This document shows positions 8,759 to 17,200 of a stretch of 64,000 nt of DNA, piece after piece. Source of the stretch: Firmicutes bacterium CAG:345 (GTDB lineage Bacteria; Bacillota_I; Bacilli_A; RFN20; CAG-288); contig FR893375.1 of the NCBI GenBank assembly GCA_000433315.1, forward strand, positions 10,718-74,717, read 5' to 3'. Below the pieces are notes generated by a model that saw only the letters and a program-made list of their open reading frames with translations, searched no databases and was not told the origin of the DNA. The number at the start of each line of letters is the position of its first letter. Positions within the stretch are counted from its first letter, which is position 1. The translations under genes were made by a program, and so were the position numbers.

Positions 8759-11149
8759 TTATAAAGCTAAATTAGATTTATAGGTATCAATATCACTTTG
8801 AACTTTAGTAATTTCATCATTGAATGAAGTTTCATCGCCATCTTTTGTGACAGCCTTCATTTCAGACCAAGTCATTTCCATGCCTTCTGATCCAAATAAA
8901 GTTCCTATTTTTCCTGATTGAGCAGCAATATTTGTTCCAACGATTTTTAATTCATTATTTATATATAAATACGCCGAGGAATCTAAAACAACAAGTTTAA
9001 AACTAAACTCCATAGGTTCAACTAAATTATAAGAAGTAGAAGTACTTGGTGTATGATTGAAAGTCGCTGGATATAAAACTCCATTTTGCTTATTATCCCA
9101 TAATAAGAAACGAGTATCATAGCCTTCATTAAATCTAATTTCAATATGAGCATTAGGGTTATGTGCTGTAATAATCCATTTGCCTTCAAGAACAAAGTTT
9201 CTGTTTAAAATATTTCCATCACCATTGATAATAGTTGTAGAAGAACCTACTGCATCATATTTTTCTTTAGTTATATCTTCAATTTTACCTTGCCTTTTTG
9301 AATCAACAACGCATGTTGACTTATAAAAATCTATATCACCTTTTACTAATGAAATAGCATTATTATAAGCTCCTTCATCTGTCGCTTTATTAGCAACGGT
9401 TAAATTTTTCCAAGATACGGCAATGTTTTCACCACCAAATTTAATTGGAATTAAATCTGTTACATCTGGCAAATCAATAGCAACAGCTCTTAATGTTCCA
9501 TCGATATATAAATATGCATTATCATCAGTTACAACTAATTTAAACTTAACATTTAATTTTGAATCAAATTTATAACTGCTTGTTCCTCTGACATATCCAA
9601 AAGTAGCAACATCAAAAGAAGAAACATCACCACCATGGCCTCCCCAGAATAAAAATCTTTTTTCAGCATCTTCATTGAAGCAAATTTCAATATGAGGATT
9701 ATTGCCTAATTCTTTAATATCCCATCCTCCTTCAAGGACAAAGTTTCTAGAAAGAACAGTACCATTATCAAATAATGCTCTAGATTGGAGAACTGTATCT
9801 TCTAATGAAACATCAAAATCTTCTAATGATTTTTTAGTAGATTCTCCAATTTCACATCCAGCATTTAATAACTCATCAACAAAAATTTGATAATATTCAT
9901 TTTTAGGATGTGTATTATCTTTATACATCGATGGATCATGTCTATCAAATTTACTAGTGCTATCAACATATGTAATCCAATCTCTATCACCAGCCCATTT
10001 TTCCATTTCAGCATTAACAGCATCAACAATATCCCATTCACCATTATTTTGATAAGCTCTTTGAGTAATACCAAAATAATATAAATTTGTAGATGGATAA
10101 CTTTCATGGAATCTTCTTAATAATCTTTGAGTATTATTAATTGTTTGATTGATAGAAGCTTTATCATCATAGACATTATTTGTTCCTAAATGAATAGCAA
10201 TATTCTTTGGAGAATGATCGCCAAAAACTGTTTCATAATAAGTTTCCCAATCTTGTGTTGTTGTCGAAGATATGCCAAAAGCTTCTATATTATATTCAGG
10301 GAATTGTGTTGCATATCCTGTCCAGAAATTTCTGGCATCAAAATATGAATCTCCAACAAAATATGTTGTATCATCATTTTTATATTTTTTAGCAAGCTGC
10401 TTTGCATAACTTAAATAACCATTATCTTTATATTCGAAAGAATTTTCATCTACTTCATAGGCTATAACTTTAAACTTAGCACTATAGTGGGCACTTGTTG
10501 CTTCAACATCATACATACCTGCTTTTAATGGAGTAACAAGATGATTTTCTTCATCAATTTCTAAAGCTTTTGAATTATATTTATATGTCAGTTTTTCAAT
10601 ATGCTTTTCATTTTCATATTTTAAAACAAAATCTGATAATGGATAATTTCCTAAAGTTGCATAAACATTATTAATTGTCAATTTTCCATATTCTTGTAAT
10701 GTATTAACATAAAATTTAGTTTCAAAATGTATAGAAGATGCAGTAATCTCAACCATTTCGCCAACTTTTAAAACAGAAATAACATCATTTTCAATTTTTA
10801 TAGCTGTTTCATCATAAGTATAACTCAGTTTTTCACCCAAAGAACTATTTGAAAAAACAGGTTTAATTTCAAATGTATCATTTAAAGCTAAATCAATACT
10901 TTCAATACTAACTGTTCCATAATCAACATCGGTTGTTGAAGATGAACTTGAAGAAGATGATGAATTCAATGTGGAAGAACTAGTAGAAGAAGAACTTGAA
11001 GTAGAATTAGATGAAGTAGATGGTCTTACACTAGATGAACTTGTAGAAACACTTGAAGATGAACTACTAGATGAAGTAGTATTTCCACTACAAGATGCTA
11101 AAAGAGAAGGAAATAAAAGTAAACTTAATAATAAATATCTTTTTTTCAT
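8759..11149 (-). CDS. Large surface lipoprotein. Ser-rich linker, two Big_2-like Ig domains, an SGNH esterase domain and a tandem pair of about 130-aa lectin/jelly-roll-like C-terminal domains.
   Basis: MKKRYLLLSLLLFPSLLASCSG lipobox, then ~70 aa of poly-Ser. SGNH blocks YFVGDSYFD, HLGTNNV, DNTHP. Internal duplication NRNFVLEGGWDI...ICFNEDAEKRFLFWGG...KFKLVV..AYLYI versus NRNFVLEGKWII...IRFNEGYDTRFLLWDN...SFKLVV..AYLYI. Confidence 0.7.
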   Translation of the reverse strand: MKKRYLLLSLLLFPSLLASCSGNTTSSSSSSSSVSTSSSSVRPSTSSNSTSSSSSTSSSTLNSSSSSSSSSTTDVDYGTVSIESIDLALNDTFEIKPVFSNSSLGEKLSYTYDETAIKIENDVISVLKVGEMVEITASSIHFETKFYVNTLQEYGKLTINNVYATLGNYPLSDFVLKYENEKHIEKLTYKYNSKALEIDEENHLVTPLKAGMYDVEATSAHYSAKFKVIAYEVDENSFEYKDNGYLSYAKQLAKKYKNDDTTYFVGDSYFDARNFWTGYATQFPEYNIEAFGISSTTTQDWETYYETVFGDHSPKNIAIHLGTNNVYDDKASINQTINNTQRLLRRFHESYPSTNLYYFGITQRAYQNNGEWDIVDAVNAEMEKWAGDRDWITYVDSTSKFDRHDPSMYKDNTHPKNEYYQIFVDELLNAGCEIGESTKKSLEDFDVSLEDTVLQSRALFDNGTVLSRNFVLEGGWDIKELGNNPHIEICFNEDAEKRFLFWGGHGGDVSSFDVATFGYVRGTSSYKFDSKLNVKFKLVVTDDNAYLYIDGTLRAVAIDLPDVTDLIPIKFGGENIAVSWKNLTVANKATDEGAYNNAISLVKGDIDFYKSTCVVDSKRQGKIEDITKEKYDAVGSSTTIINGDGNILNRNFVLEGKWIITAHNPNAHIEIRFNEGYDTRFLLWDNKQNGVLYPATFNHTPSTSTSYNLVEPMEFSFKLVVLDSSAYLYINNELKIVGTNIAAQSGKIGTLFGSEGMEMTWSEMKAVTKDGDETSFNDEITKVQSDIDTYKSNLAL

Positions 11150-11300
11150 ATAACCTCAAAATAAGCGGTATAGCGCTTACACGTTGATTATACACGATTA
11201 CAATATTTATTTAATCATTAATTTTATTGATATTATATTTATAGTTTTTATCTCTATTTATTCAATTCATAATTTGATAGAATTTAAAAGAAGGTTAAAT

Positions 11301-11618
11301 ATGAAAACAAATAACATAGCAATGAAACAAATACTAATGGAAGCAGAAAAAGAAATCAATAAATTTTATAATTCTAAAAATTTTCTAGCTGCCATAATTA
11401 CTGGCGAAGAAAAAGAATTATCTTTTGATTTGTATTCCAAAGAAGATTTAAAAACTCAAAAACTTAAGAGCATCCAGTTAGTAAAAGAATACAAGCCGCT
11501 TTGGTTAATTTATGAAGAAGAAAATAACATATATATTTTTTTTAAAAATAGCAATGGAAATATTGAAAATATAACATTAGAAGATATTCCTCATTGCATA
11601 AATTATTCACGCATTTAA
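11301..11618 (+). CDS. Hypothetical protein (105 aa).
   Basis: ORF with a good RBS (aaaagaagg, 7 nt upstream of the ATG at 11301). The longer upstream extension in the ORF track has no RBS and reads through AT-rich promoter DNA. Confidence 0.5.
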   Translation: MKTNNIAMKQILMEAEKEINKFYNSKNFLAAIITGEEKELSFDLYSKEDLKTQKLKSIQLVKEYKPLWLIYEEENNIYIFFKNSNGNIENITLEDIPHCINYSRI

Positions 11619-11653
11619 AAAGATAGTTGGCAAGTTCCAACTATCTTTCTTTT

Positions 11654-12745
11654 TTATTTCTTTAACAAAGAAGTTAATTGTGAAACAATATCTCCGCTTC
11701 CGGTAACATTGATGCTTCCAATTTTATCTGATATCTTTTCTATAAATTCCATTTCTTTCAACTTATATAAAGTTGGGTTATCTTCCATCAATTTTGCAGT
11801 ATTGAGTAAAGATCTTGTCGAAGCAACTTCTTCACGTCTAGTAATAACATTAGCTTGTGCTTTTTTAGTTGCAATTAAAACAGTATTCATAATATCACGC
11901 ATATCGCCAGGAAGAATAATATCTTTGATTCCTACCTCAGTAATTGTAATATAATTTTTCTTTAAATCATCTTTGATAGCATCAAAAATATAATTTGCCA
12001 TCTCATTTCTGCTGTCTAAAACTTCATCCAAAGTTTTAGTTCCAACATAATCACGTGCAGCAAATTGTAATTTTAAATATATTTGGCGACTGTAATCTTC
12101 ATAGCATTCTATTACTTTAACAGGATCATCAACAAGATAATTACAAACTATATTAACACGAATAGTTGCCTTATCCTGTGTTAAAACCTCTTGTCCTGTC
12201 ATATCGATATTTGTTTCTCTAACTGGTATATTCTCATATGTAACAACCTGAAGGTTTTTCCAATAAAAATATCTGCCTGGCTCTAAAACTTCAGATAATT
12301 TACCATCGATAAAGAGCAAGCCCTTTTTAAATTCTTCAATCATAACTGAAATGAAATATTTAGAAGGTATTTTCTCAAAAAGATAAATTGGAAAATCATC
12401 GGCTACTTTTGTATTTTTATAACTTGTTTTTATGAAAGTATTAACCCTATTTTCCTTTGAAAAAATATGCAAGCCACTTTCAAGAAAACAATCATAATTA
12501 TCATCAACAAAATGAACGCCATACTCTTGATCGCCAACTTCGTAAAAATCAAACAAATCTTTAGCGCCTTCTTTTTCTAAAATATCTCTTTTAGAGATAT
12601 ACTTAGAAGAAATTTCTGCATTTAAATTTATTACTTCAATAAATGTTGATGGAAAATGATGATAAAGTCCAGCTTTAACAAACTTGATAAAACGACCTTT
12701 TTTAAACAATAAACCAACTTGATTTTGCTTAACTAATGTTTTCAT
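11654..12745 (-). CDS. SPFH/band-7 (stomatin/flotillin-like) domain protein, soluble, with an N-terminal partial repeat of the first SPFH beta-hairpin.
   Basis: C-terminal two-thirds match an SPFH domain (IRVNIVCNYLVDDP...LDEVLDSRNEM...ITITEVGIKDIILPGDMRDIMN...RREEVASTRS). No TM segment. The N-terminus QVGLLFKKGRFIKFVKAGLYHHFP repeats FKKGLLFIDGKLSEVLEPGRYFYW. RBS aaaggagga. Confidence 0.7.
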   Translation of the reverse strand: MKTLVKQNQVGLLFKKGRFIKFVKAGLYHHFPSTFIEVINLNAEISSKYISKRDILEKEGAKDLFDFYEVGDQEYGVHFVDDNYDCFLESGLHIFSKENRVNTFIKTSYKNTKVADDFPIYLFEKIPSKYFISVMIEEFKKGLLFIDGKLSEVLEPGRYFYWKNLQVVTYENIPVRETNIDMTGQEVLTQDKATIRVNIVCNYLVDDPVKVIECYEDYSRQIYLKLQFAARDYVGTKTLDEVLDSRNEMANYIFDAIKDDLKKNYITITEVGIKDIILPGDMRDIMNTVLIATKKAQANVITRREEVASTRSLLNTAKLMEDNPTLYKLKEMEFIEKISDKIGSINVTGSGDIVSQLTSLLKK

Positions 12746-12989
12746 ATATTTCTAAATCCTCCTTTGTAAATTAAAGAAATCATCCAATTTCTAAAGCGGT
12801 CTAATAATTAAGTAGATTCGATTTTATAACGGGAGCTAAGCTATGGCTATAATTTCAAAAAAACGATATCCTCAAAAGAACAAGGCTTTTCGAAATTTGT
12901 CTTATCCGAAGATAAAACGGGATGATTGTAGTCAGTCTGTATCTCTATAGATCAAATAGTTCTTGATTTTTTACTAATGAAAAAACCGA

Positions 12990-13160
12990 GGTCAAAAAAG
13001 AACGCGGAGAGTCGAACTCCAAAAATCAATTTCGATTACAACGACCATGCTAGTTGTCGGGATTAAAATTAAAGGAATACACGAATGTGCACCGCAATAT
13101 CTTTTAGAAATATCCGCACTAATTTTTTTCCAAAACCATTATACCACATAGCAAAAAAGA
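12990..13160 (-). ncRNA. Candidate structured RNA or long 5' leader transcribed toward the SPFH gene. Identity unresolved.
   Basis: Extended -10 promoter TGgTATAAT on the minus strand (plus coordinates 13138..13146). Downstream RNA contains a tRNA-like T-arm (u)GGAG-UUCGACU-CUCC(g) at 13001..13017 and a UUCG-tetraloop hairpin at 12909..12928. 526 bp with no long ORF. Confidence 0.3.
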
Positions 13161-13271
13161 AATTATATATTCTTAGAATATAAAAACTTCGCCTGAATTT
13201 TTAATAATTCTCTTTTCCTTACGTTTAAAACAAGACTAAAATATGCTAAAATAAAATAAGAAAGGCAAATA

Positions 13272-14546
13272 ATGAATAACAAATTTCTTCAACTAAAAGC
13301 ATTGAAACAAATCATCGATGAAAAGAAATCATTTCAATCAGTTTTGGAAAATATTGTAAGACAAAACAACTTGTCAGAAAATGATAAGGTTGTTTTTAAG
13401 CTTGATGTCCTAGGCAGTCTGCGTCATTTCTATCAACTTCAATATGAAGCTACCAAAGAATTTCCAGAGTTTATGCCCGACGATGATGAAATTTACTTAA
13501 TAATTATTGCCTTATATGAGCTTCGCTATCATAGCAAAGATTTAGCTGGTTATGAAGTAATAAATCAAACAACAGCAACTATAAAATTTATGAGTCTCAG
13601 GTTAGATTCTGAACAAGTAAAAAATAAATTAGAAGAAATAACAAAAAAGAAATTTGTTTTGCCAGAAGATTTAAAAAAGGATCTCTATGCTTATAACGCT
13701 TTGTTTTTTAATACTCCGAAATGGATAATAGAACTTTTAACTTCTGAATATGGCGATGATATCTGTATGAATTTTCTTCTTTCAAGTCAGAGAAAAGGAT
13801 CTCAATATCTTGCAATAAATACAATTTACCGCAAAATTGAAGACTTCTCGAACGATGTAAGATTTATTCATCCTCAAGTTCTCAATACTGCTTTAGAATA
13901 TCAAACAGGTAAATGTTCTAATTTAATCGAAGTAAAAAAAGGGGATTTATTTCCACAAGATTTATCAACTCAAATTATGTTGAATTCTTTGAATTATTGT
14001 TTCAAGCAAAAAACTCTTCATATAGGAGCAAAATCTGGTTCCATCATGGCTGAAGTCGCTATCAGAATTCATGATAATGGTGGATATGTTGATGCACTTT
14101 TCTCCAATGACAAAAAGTACTCTTCGGCAAAATATCTTTCTAGAAGATTAGGATTAGATAATACCCATATATTTTATGGCAGTCTTAAAATGATGAAGAC
14201 ATATAGTCCTTATAACTCATATGATATGGTCATATATTCTCCTAACTCTTCAAAATTAGGACAAGTCAGAAGAAGACCTGATATATTTCCAACACTTCAA
14301 AAAGAAGACATCTTTAAATATTGTGCTAAGTCATCTATCGATTTAAATGAAGTGAAAAAATTTGTTGCTAGCGATAGCTATTTAATATATCATGTTCCAA
14401 CAATTACTAAAGAAGAAACAATAAATATCATCAAAGATTTTCTCAGCAAAAATGATGATTTTATCTTAGAATATGAAAGACAAATTTTTCCTTATGAATA
14501 TGGTTCTGATGGATTATATTTTGCAGTTTTGAAGAAAATAAAATAA
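13272..14546 (+). CDS. RsmB/Sun-family (NOL1/NOP2) 16S rRNA m5C methyltransferase homologue lacking both catalytic cysteines. Likely a pseudoenzyme.
   Basis: Occupies the rsmB position upstream of rlmN-stp-stk-rsgA-rpe. NusB-like N-terminus. Motif IV DMVIYSPNSSKLGQVRRRPDI aligns to D..LLDAPCSGTGVIRRHPDI (PCS to PNS). Motif VI YHVPTITKEE aligns to Y.TCS..PEEN (TCS to PTI). Motif I LHIGAKSGS is degenerate versus LDLCAAPGGKT. Confidence 0.6.
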   Translation: MNNKFLQLKALKQIIDEKKSFQSVLENIVRQNNLSENDKVVFKLDVLGSLRHFYQLQYEATKEFPEFMPDDDEIYLIIIALYELRYHSKDLAGYEVINQTTATIKFMSLRLDSEQVKNKLEEITKKKFVLPEDLKKDLYAYNALFFNTPKWIIELLTSEYGDDICMNFLLSSQRKGSQYLAINTIYRKIEDFSNDVRFIHPQVLNTALEYQTGKCSNLIEVKKGDLFPQDLSTQIMLNSLNYCFKQKTLHIGAKSGSIMAEVAIRIHDNGGYVDALFSNDKKYSSAKYLSRRLGLDNTHIFYGSLKMMKTYSPYNSYDMVIYSPNSSKLGQVRRRPDIFPTLQKEDIFKYCAKSSIDLNEVKKFVASDSYLIYHVPTITKEETINIIKDFLSKNDDFILEYERQIFPYEYGSDGLYFAVLKKIK

Positions 14547-14555
14547 AGGTGAATT

Positions 14556-15599
14556 ATGAAAAATATCTATGGTCTAACTCTTGAAAAATTAACCGAAGAA
14601 ATGCTTTCATTAGAACAAAAAAGTTTTAGAGCAAAACAACTCTTCTCTTGGCTTTACGTTAAGAATGCAACATCATTTGATGAAATGAGTGATATATCTC
14701 TTAAATTCCGTGAAGTTCTTAAAGAAAAATATAGTATAGAAAAGCCAAAATTGTTTTTAAAACAAAAAAGCATTGATGGAACAACAAAGCTTCTTTTAGA
14801 AATGCGTGATGGAGAAAAAATAGAAACTGTTTTAATGCCATATAACTATGGAAATGCAATATGTATTTCAACTCAAGTTGGATGCAATATGGGATGTAAA
14901 TTCTGTGCCTCTGGTCTATTGAAAAGAAAAAGAAATTTATCGACAGAAGAATTAGTAGGGCAAGTTTTAATTCTCAATGATGTTCTTCGTGAAAATAATC
15001 AGAACCCTGTAACTCATGTTGTTGTAATGGGAACAGGGGAACCTTTTGATAATTATGATAATGTCATCGATTTTATCAGAATTATAAATTCACAATTTGG
15101 ATTAGCTATCGGAGCAAGGCATATAACCGTTTCAACATCTGGAATTGTTCCAGGAATTTTAAAATATGGAAAAGAAGGATTACAAATAAATCTAGCTGTT
15201 TCTCTTCACGCTCCTACAAACCAATTACGCGATATCATAATGCCTATAAACAAAGCTTATCCTTTGGAACAATTGATTCCAGCAATCGTTCAGTATGGAA
15301 AAGATAGCAATGGAAGAAGAGTAACTTATGAATACATTATGATTCAGGATTTTAATGATTCTGAAGAATGTGCTGATAAACTTATTGAATTAATTAAACC
15401 TACATTTGGATATGTAAATTTAATACCTTATAATCGTGTTATAGAAAATGATTTCTATCGTTCTTCTAATAATCGTATCCATCGTTTCCATGATAAATTA
15501 TTAAAGGCTGGAATAAAAGCTACAATCAGAAAAGAATTTGGAGCTGACATCGATGCAGCTTGCGGACAATTAAGAGCTAAATATGCAAACAAAAATTAA
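14556..15599 (+). CDS. rlmN: 23S rRNA/tRNA adenine-C2 methyltransferase RlmN (radical SAM).
   Basis: CNMGCKFCASG radical-SAM cysteine motif. GTGEP, RlmN/Cfr family length and synteny. Confidence 0.9.
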   Translation: MKNIYGLTLEKLTEEMLSLEQKSFRAKQLFSWLYVKNATSFDEMSDISLKFREVLKEKYSIEKPKLFLKQKSIDGTTKLLLEMRDGEKIETVLMPYNYGNAICISTQVGCNMGCKFCASGLLKRKRNLSTEELVGQVLILNDVLRENNQNPVTHVVVMGTGEPFDNYDNVIDFIRIINSQFGLAIGARHITVSTSGIVPGILKYGKEGLQINLAVSLHAPTNQLRDIIMPINKAYPLEQLIPAIVQYGKDSNGRRVTYEYIMIQDFNDSEECADKLIELIKPTFGYVNLIPYNRVIENDFYRSSNNRIHRFHDKLLKAGIKATIRKEFGADIDAACGQLRAKYANKN

Positions 15600-16326
15600 T
15601 GGTGCCACACTAACAAATATTGGCAGAAAAAGAACAAAAAATGAAGACGCAGCTTATTTTAATAGTTGCGAAGATTTTACTTTGCTGATGATTGCTGATG
15701 GTATTGGTGGTCATAAAAAAGGTGAAGTAGCAAGTGATATGACAATCAGTATCGTATCTAATAAAATTTCAAATTTTGAAAAAGCATTCAAATTAACAAC
15801 ATCAAGACGTTTGATTAAAAATGCAATTAAATATGCTAATAAAGAAGTGAATAATCTAAGTGTTAAACAAGAATATTTAGATATGGGTACTACTTTAGTT
15901 TTAGCTTTAGTGCTTAAAGAAAAAACTATAATTGCAAATATTGGAGATTCGCGACTATATCGCTTTGATAAAGAATTCGGTTTAACACAATTAACTGTAG
16001 ATCAAAATTATGTACAATATATGATTCAAATTGGAAAAATGACAAAAGAAGAAGCAAAAAATTCCAATAAAAAGAATGTTTTACTCAATGCATTAGGTGT
16101 TAATCCAAGTGTCTACTACGATGAACAAATTATCGACAATAACTACGATGCATTACTGCTATGCTCAGATGGATTATATAATATGGTTTCATTAGAAGAA
16201 CTAAATAAAATAATGTACTTAAATATTTCTGTTGAAGAAAAAGTAAAAAAGCTTATCGATACAGCCAACCGCAATGGTGGCTTTGATAATATAGGTGTAA
16301 GTTTAATGGAGGTAAAACAATGTTAG
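15583..16326 (+). CDS. prpC: PP2C-family Ser/Thr protein phosphatase (Stp/PrpC).
   Basis: MIADGIGGHKKGEVAS, TTLVLAL, LLCSDGL PP2C motifs. Overlaps the downstream kinase gene. Confidence 0.85.
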   Translation: MQTKINGATLTNIGRKRTKNEDAAYFNSCEDFTLLMIADGIGGHKKGEVASDMTISIVSNKISNFEKAFKLTTSRRLIKNAIKYANKEVNNLSVKQEYLDMGTTLVLALVLKEKTIIANIGDSRLYRFDKEFGLTQLTVDQNYVQYMIQIGKMTKEEAKNSNKKNVLLNALGVNPSVYYDEQIIDNNYDALLLCSDGLYNMVSLEELNKIMYLNISVEEKVKKLIDTANRNGGFDNIGVSLMEVKQC

Positions 16327-17198
16327 AAACAGGTAGTTTAATCGATGACCGTTATAAGATAATTAAAGTCTTAGGTGAAGGCGGAATGGCTGTTGTCTAT
16401 CTTGCTAAAGATGTGATTTCCAATAAAGATGTAGCTGTAAAAATAATAAAAGAAGAAACGATGAAAAATCCTGTAAATTTAACAAGATTCGAACGCGAAG
16501 CAAGAGCAGCTGCCTCATTAAATCATCAAAATATTGTCAGAGTAATAAATCTTGGTGCCCATGATAATCGCCCATATATGGTTAACGAATACATCAGAGG
16601 TAAAACTTTAAGAGATACTTTAAATGTTCGCGGTAAATTCTCTTTTTTAGAGGCCTGCGATATTATGTATCAACTTTGCTCTGCTGTCCTATTTGCTCAT
16701 CAACACGGAGTCATCCATAGAGATATTAAACCACAAAATGTTTTTATCACTGTCGATGGAACAGTAAAATTAGGCGATTTTGGAATTGCAACATTCCAAA
16801 ATTCCGCCCATGTCACCAGAAGTGAAGTAGTTGTTGGTAGCGTTCATTACTTAGCACCTGAGATATCACAAGGCAATCCAGCTACTCCACAAAGCGATAT
16901 TTATTCTTTAGGAATAACATTCTTCGAATTAATTACAGGACGTGTTCCTTTTGATGATGAATCCGCTCTAGCTGTTGCATTAAAACATATCAAAGAAAAA
17001 TTCCCATCTGTTAGAATATATAACCCTAAAACTCCTATTGTCATTGAAAAAATAATTACTAAGGCTTGTGCAAAATCGCCTTTAGATCGTTATCATTCCG
17101 TTGCAGACATGCGTAAAGATATTGAAAAAGTATTACATGACCCAAGTTGTTTAGAAGAAAAGAAAGGCTTCTTTGCACGTTTATTCCATCGTAAATAA
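16320..17198 (+). CDS. prkC: Ser/Thr protein kinase, kinase domain only (no TM or PASTA repeats).
   Basis: GEGGMAVVYLAKD (G-loop), VAVKII (VAIK), HRDIKPQNV, DFGIA, APE. Ends about 20 aa after the kinase domain, at 292 aa, whereas canonical PrkC is over 600 aa. Confidence 0.85.
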   Translation: MLETGSLIDDRYKIIKVLGEGGMAVVYLAKDVISNKDVAVKIIKEETMKNPVNLTRFEREARAAASLNHQNIVRVINLGAHDNRPYMVNEYIRGKTLRDTLNVRGKFSFLEACDIMYQLCSAVLFAHQHGVIHRDIKPQNVFITVDGTVKLGDFGIATFQNSAHVTRSEVVVGSVHYLAPEISQGNPATPQSDIYSLGITFFELITGRVPFDDESALAVALKHIKEKFPSVRIYNPKTPIVIEKIITKACAKSPLDRYHSVADMRKDIEKVLHDPSCLEEKKGFFARLFHRK

Positions 17199-17200
17199 TT

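Noticed and set aside
10971-11153. 60-aa plus-strand ORF (MEELVEEELEVELDEVDG...) at the 5' end of the 8759..11149 lipoprotein.
   Set aside because: Same artefact: it is antisense to the poly-Ser coding tract of the lipoprotein signal and linker region.
12990-13060. Possible tmRNA (ssrA) 3' end, suggested by the tRNA-like T-arm GGAG-UUCGACU-CUCC on the minus strand.
   Set aside because: There is no GGGG...CCCC(ACCA) acceptor pairing and no recognisable tag-peptide reading frame ending in ALAA/AFAA. The predicted transcript is too short and runs into the SPFH gene. Kept only as an unclassified structured-RNA candidate.
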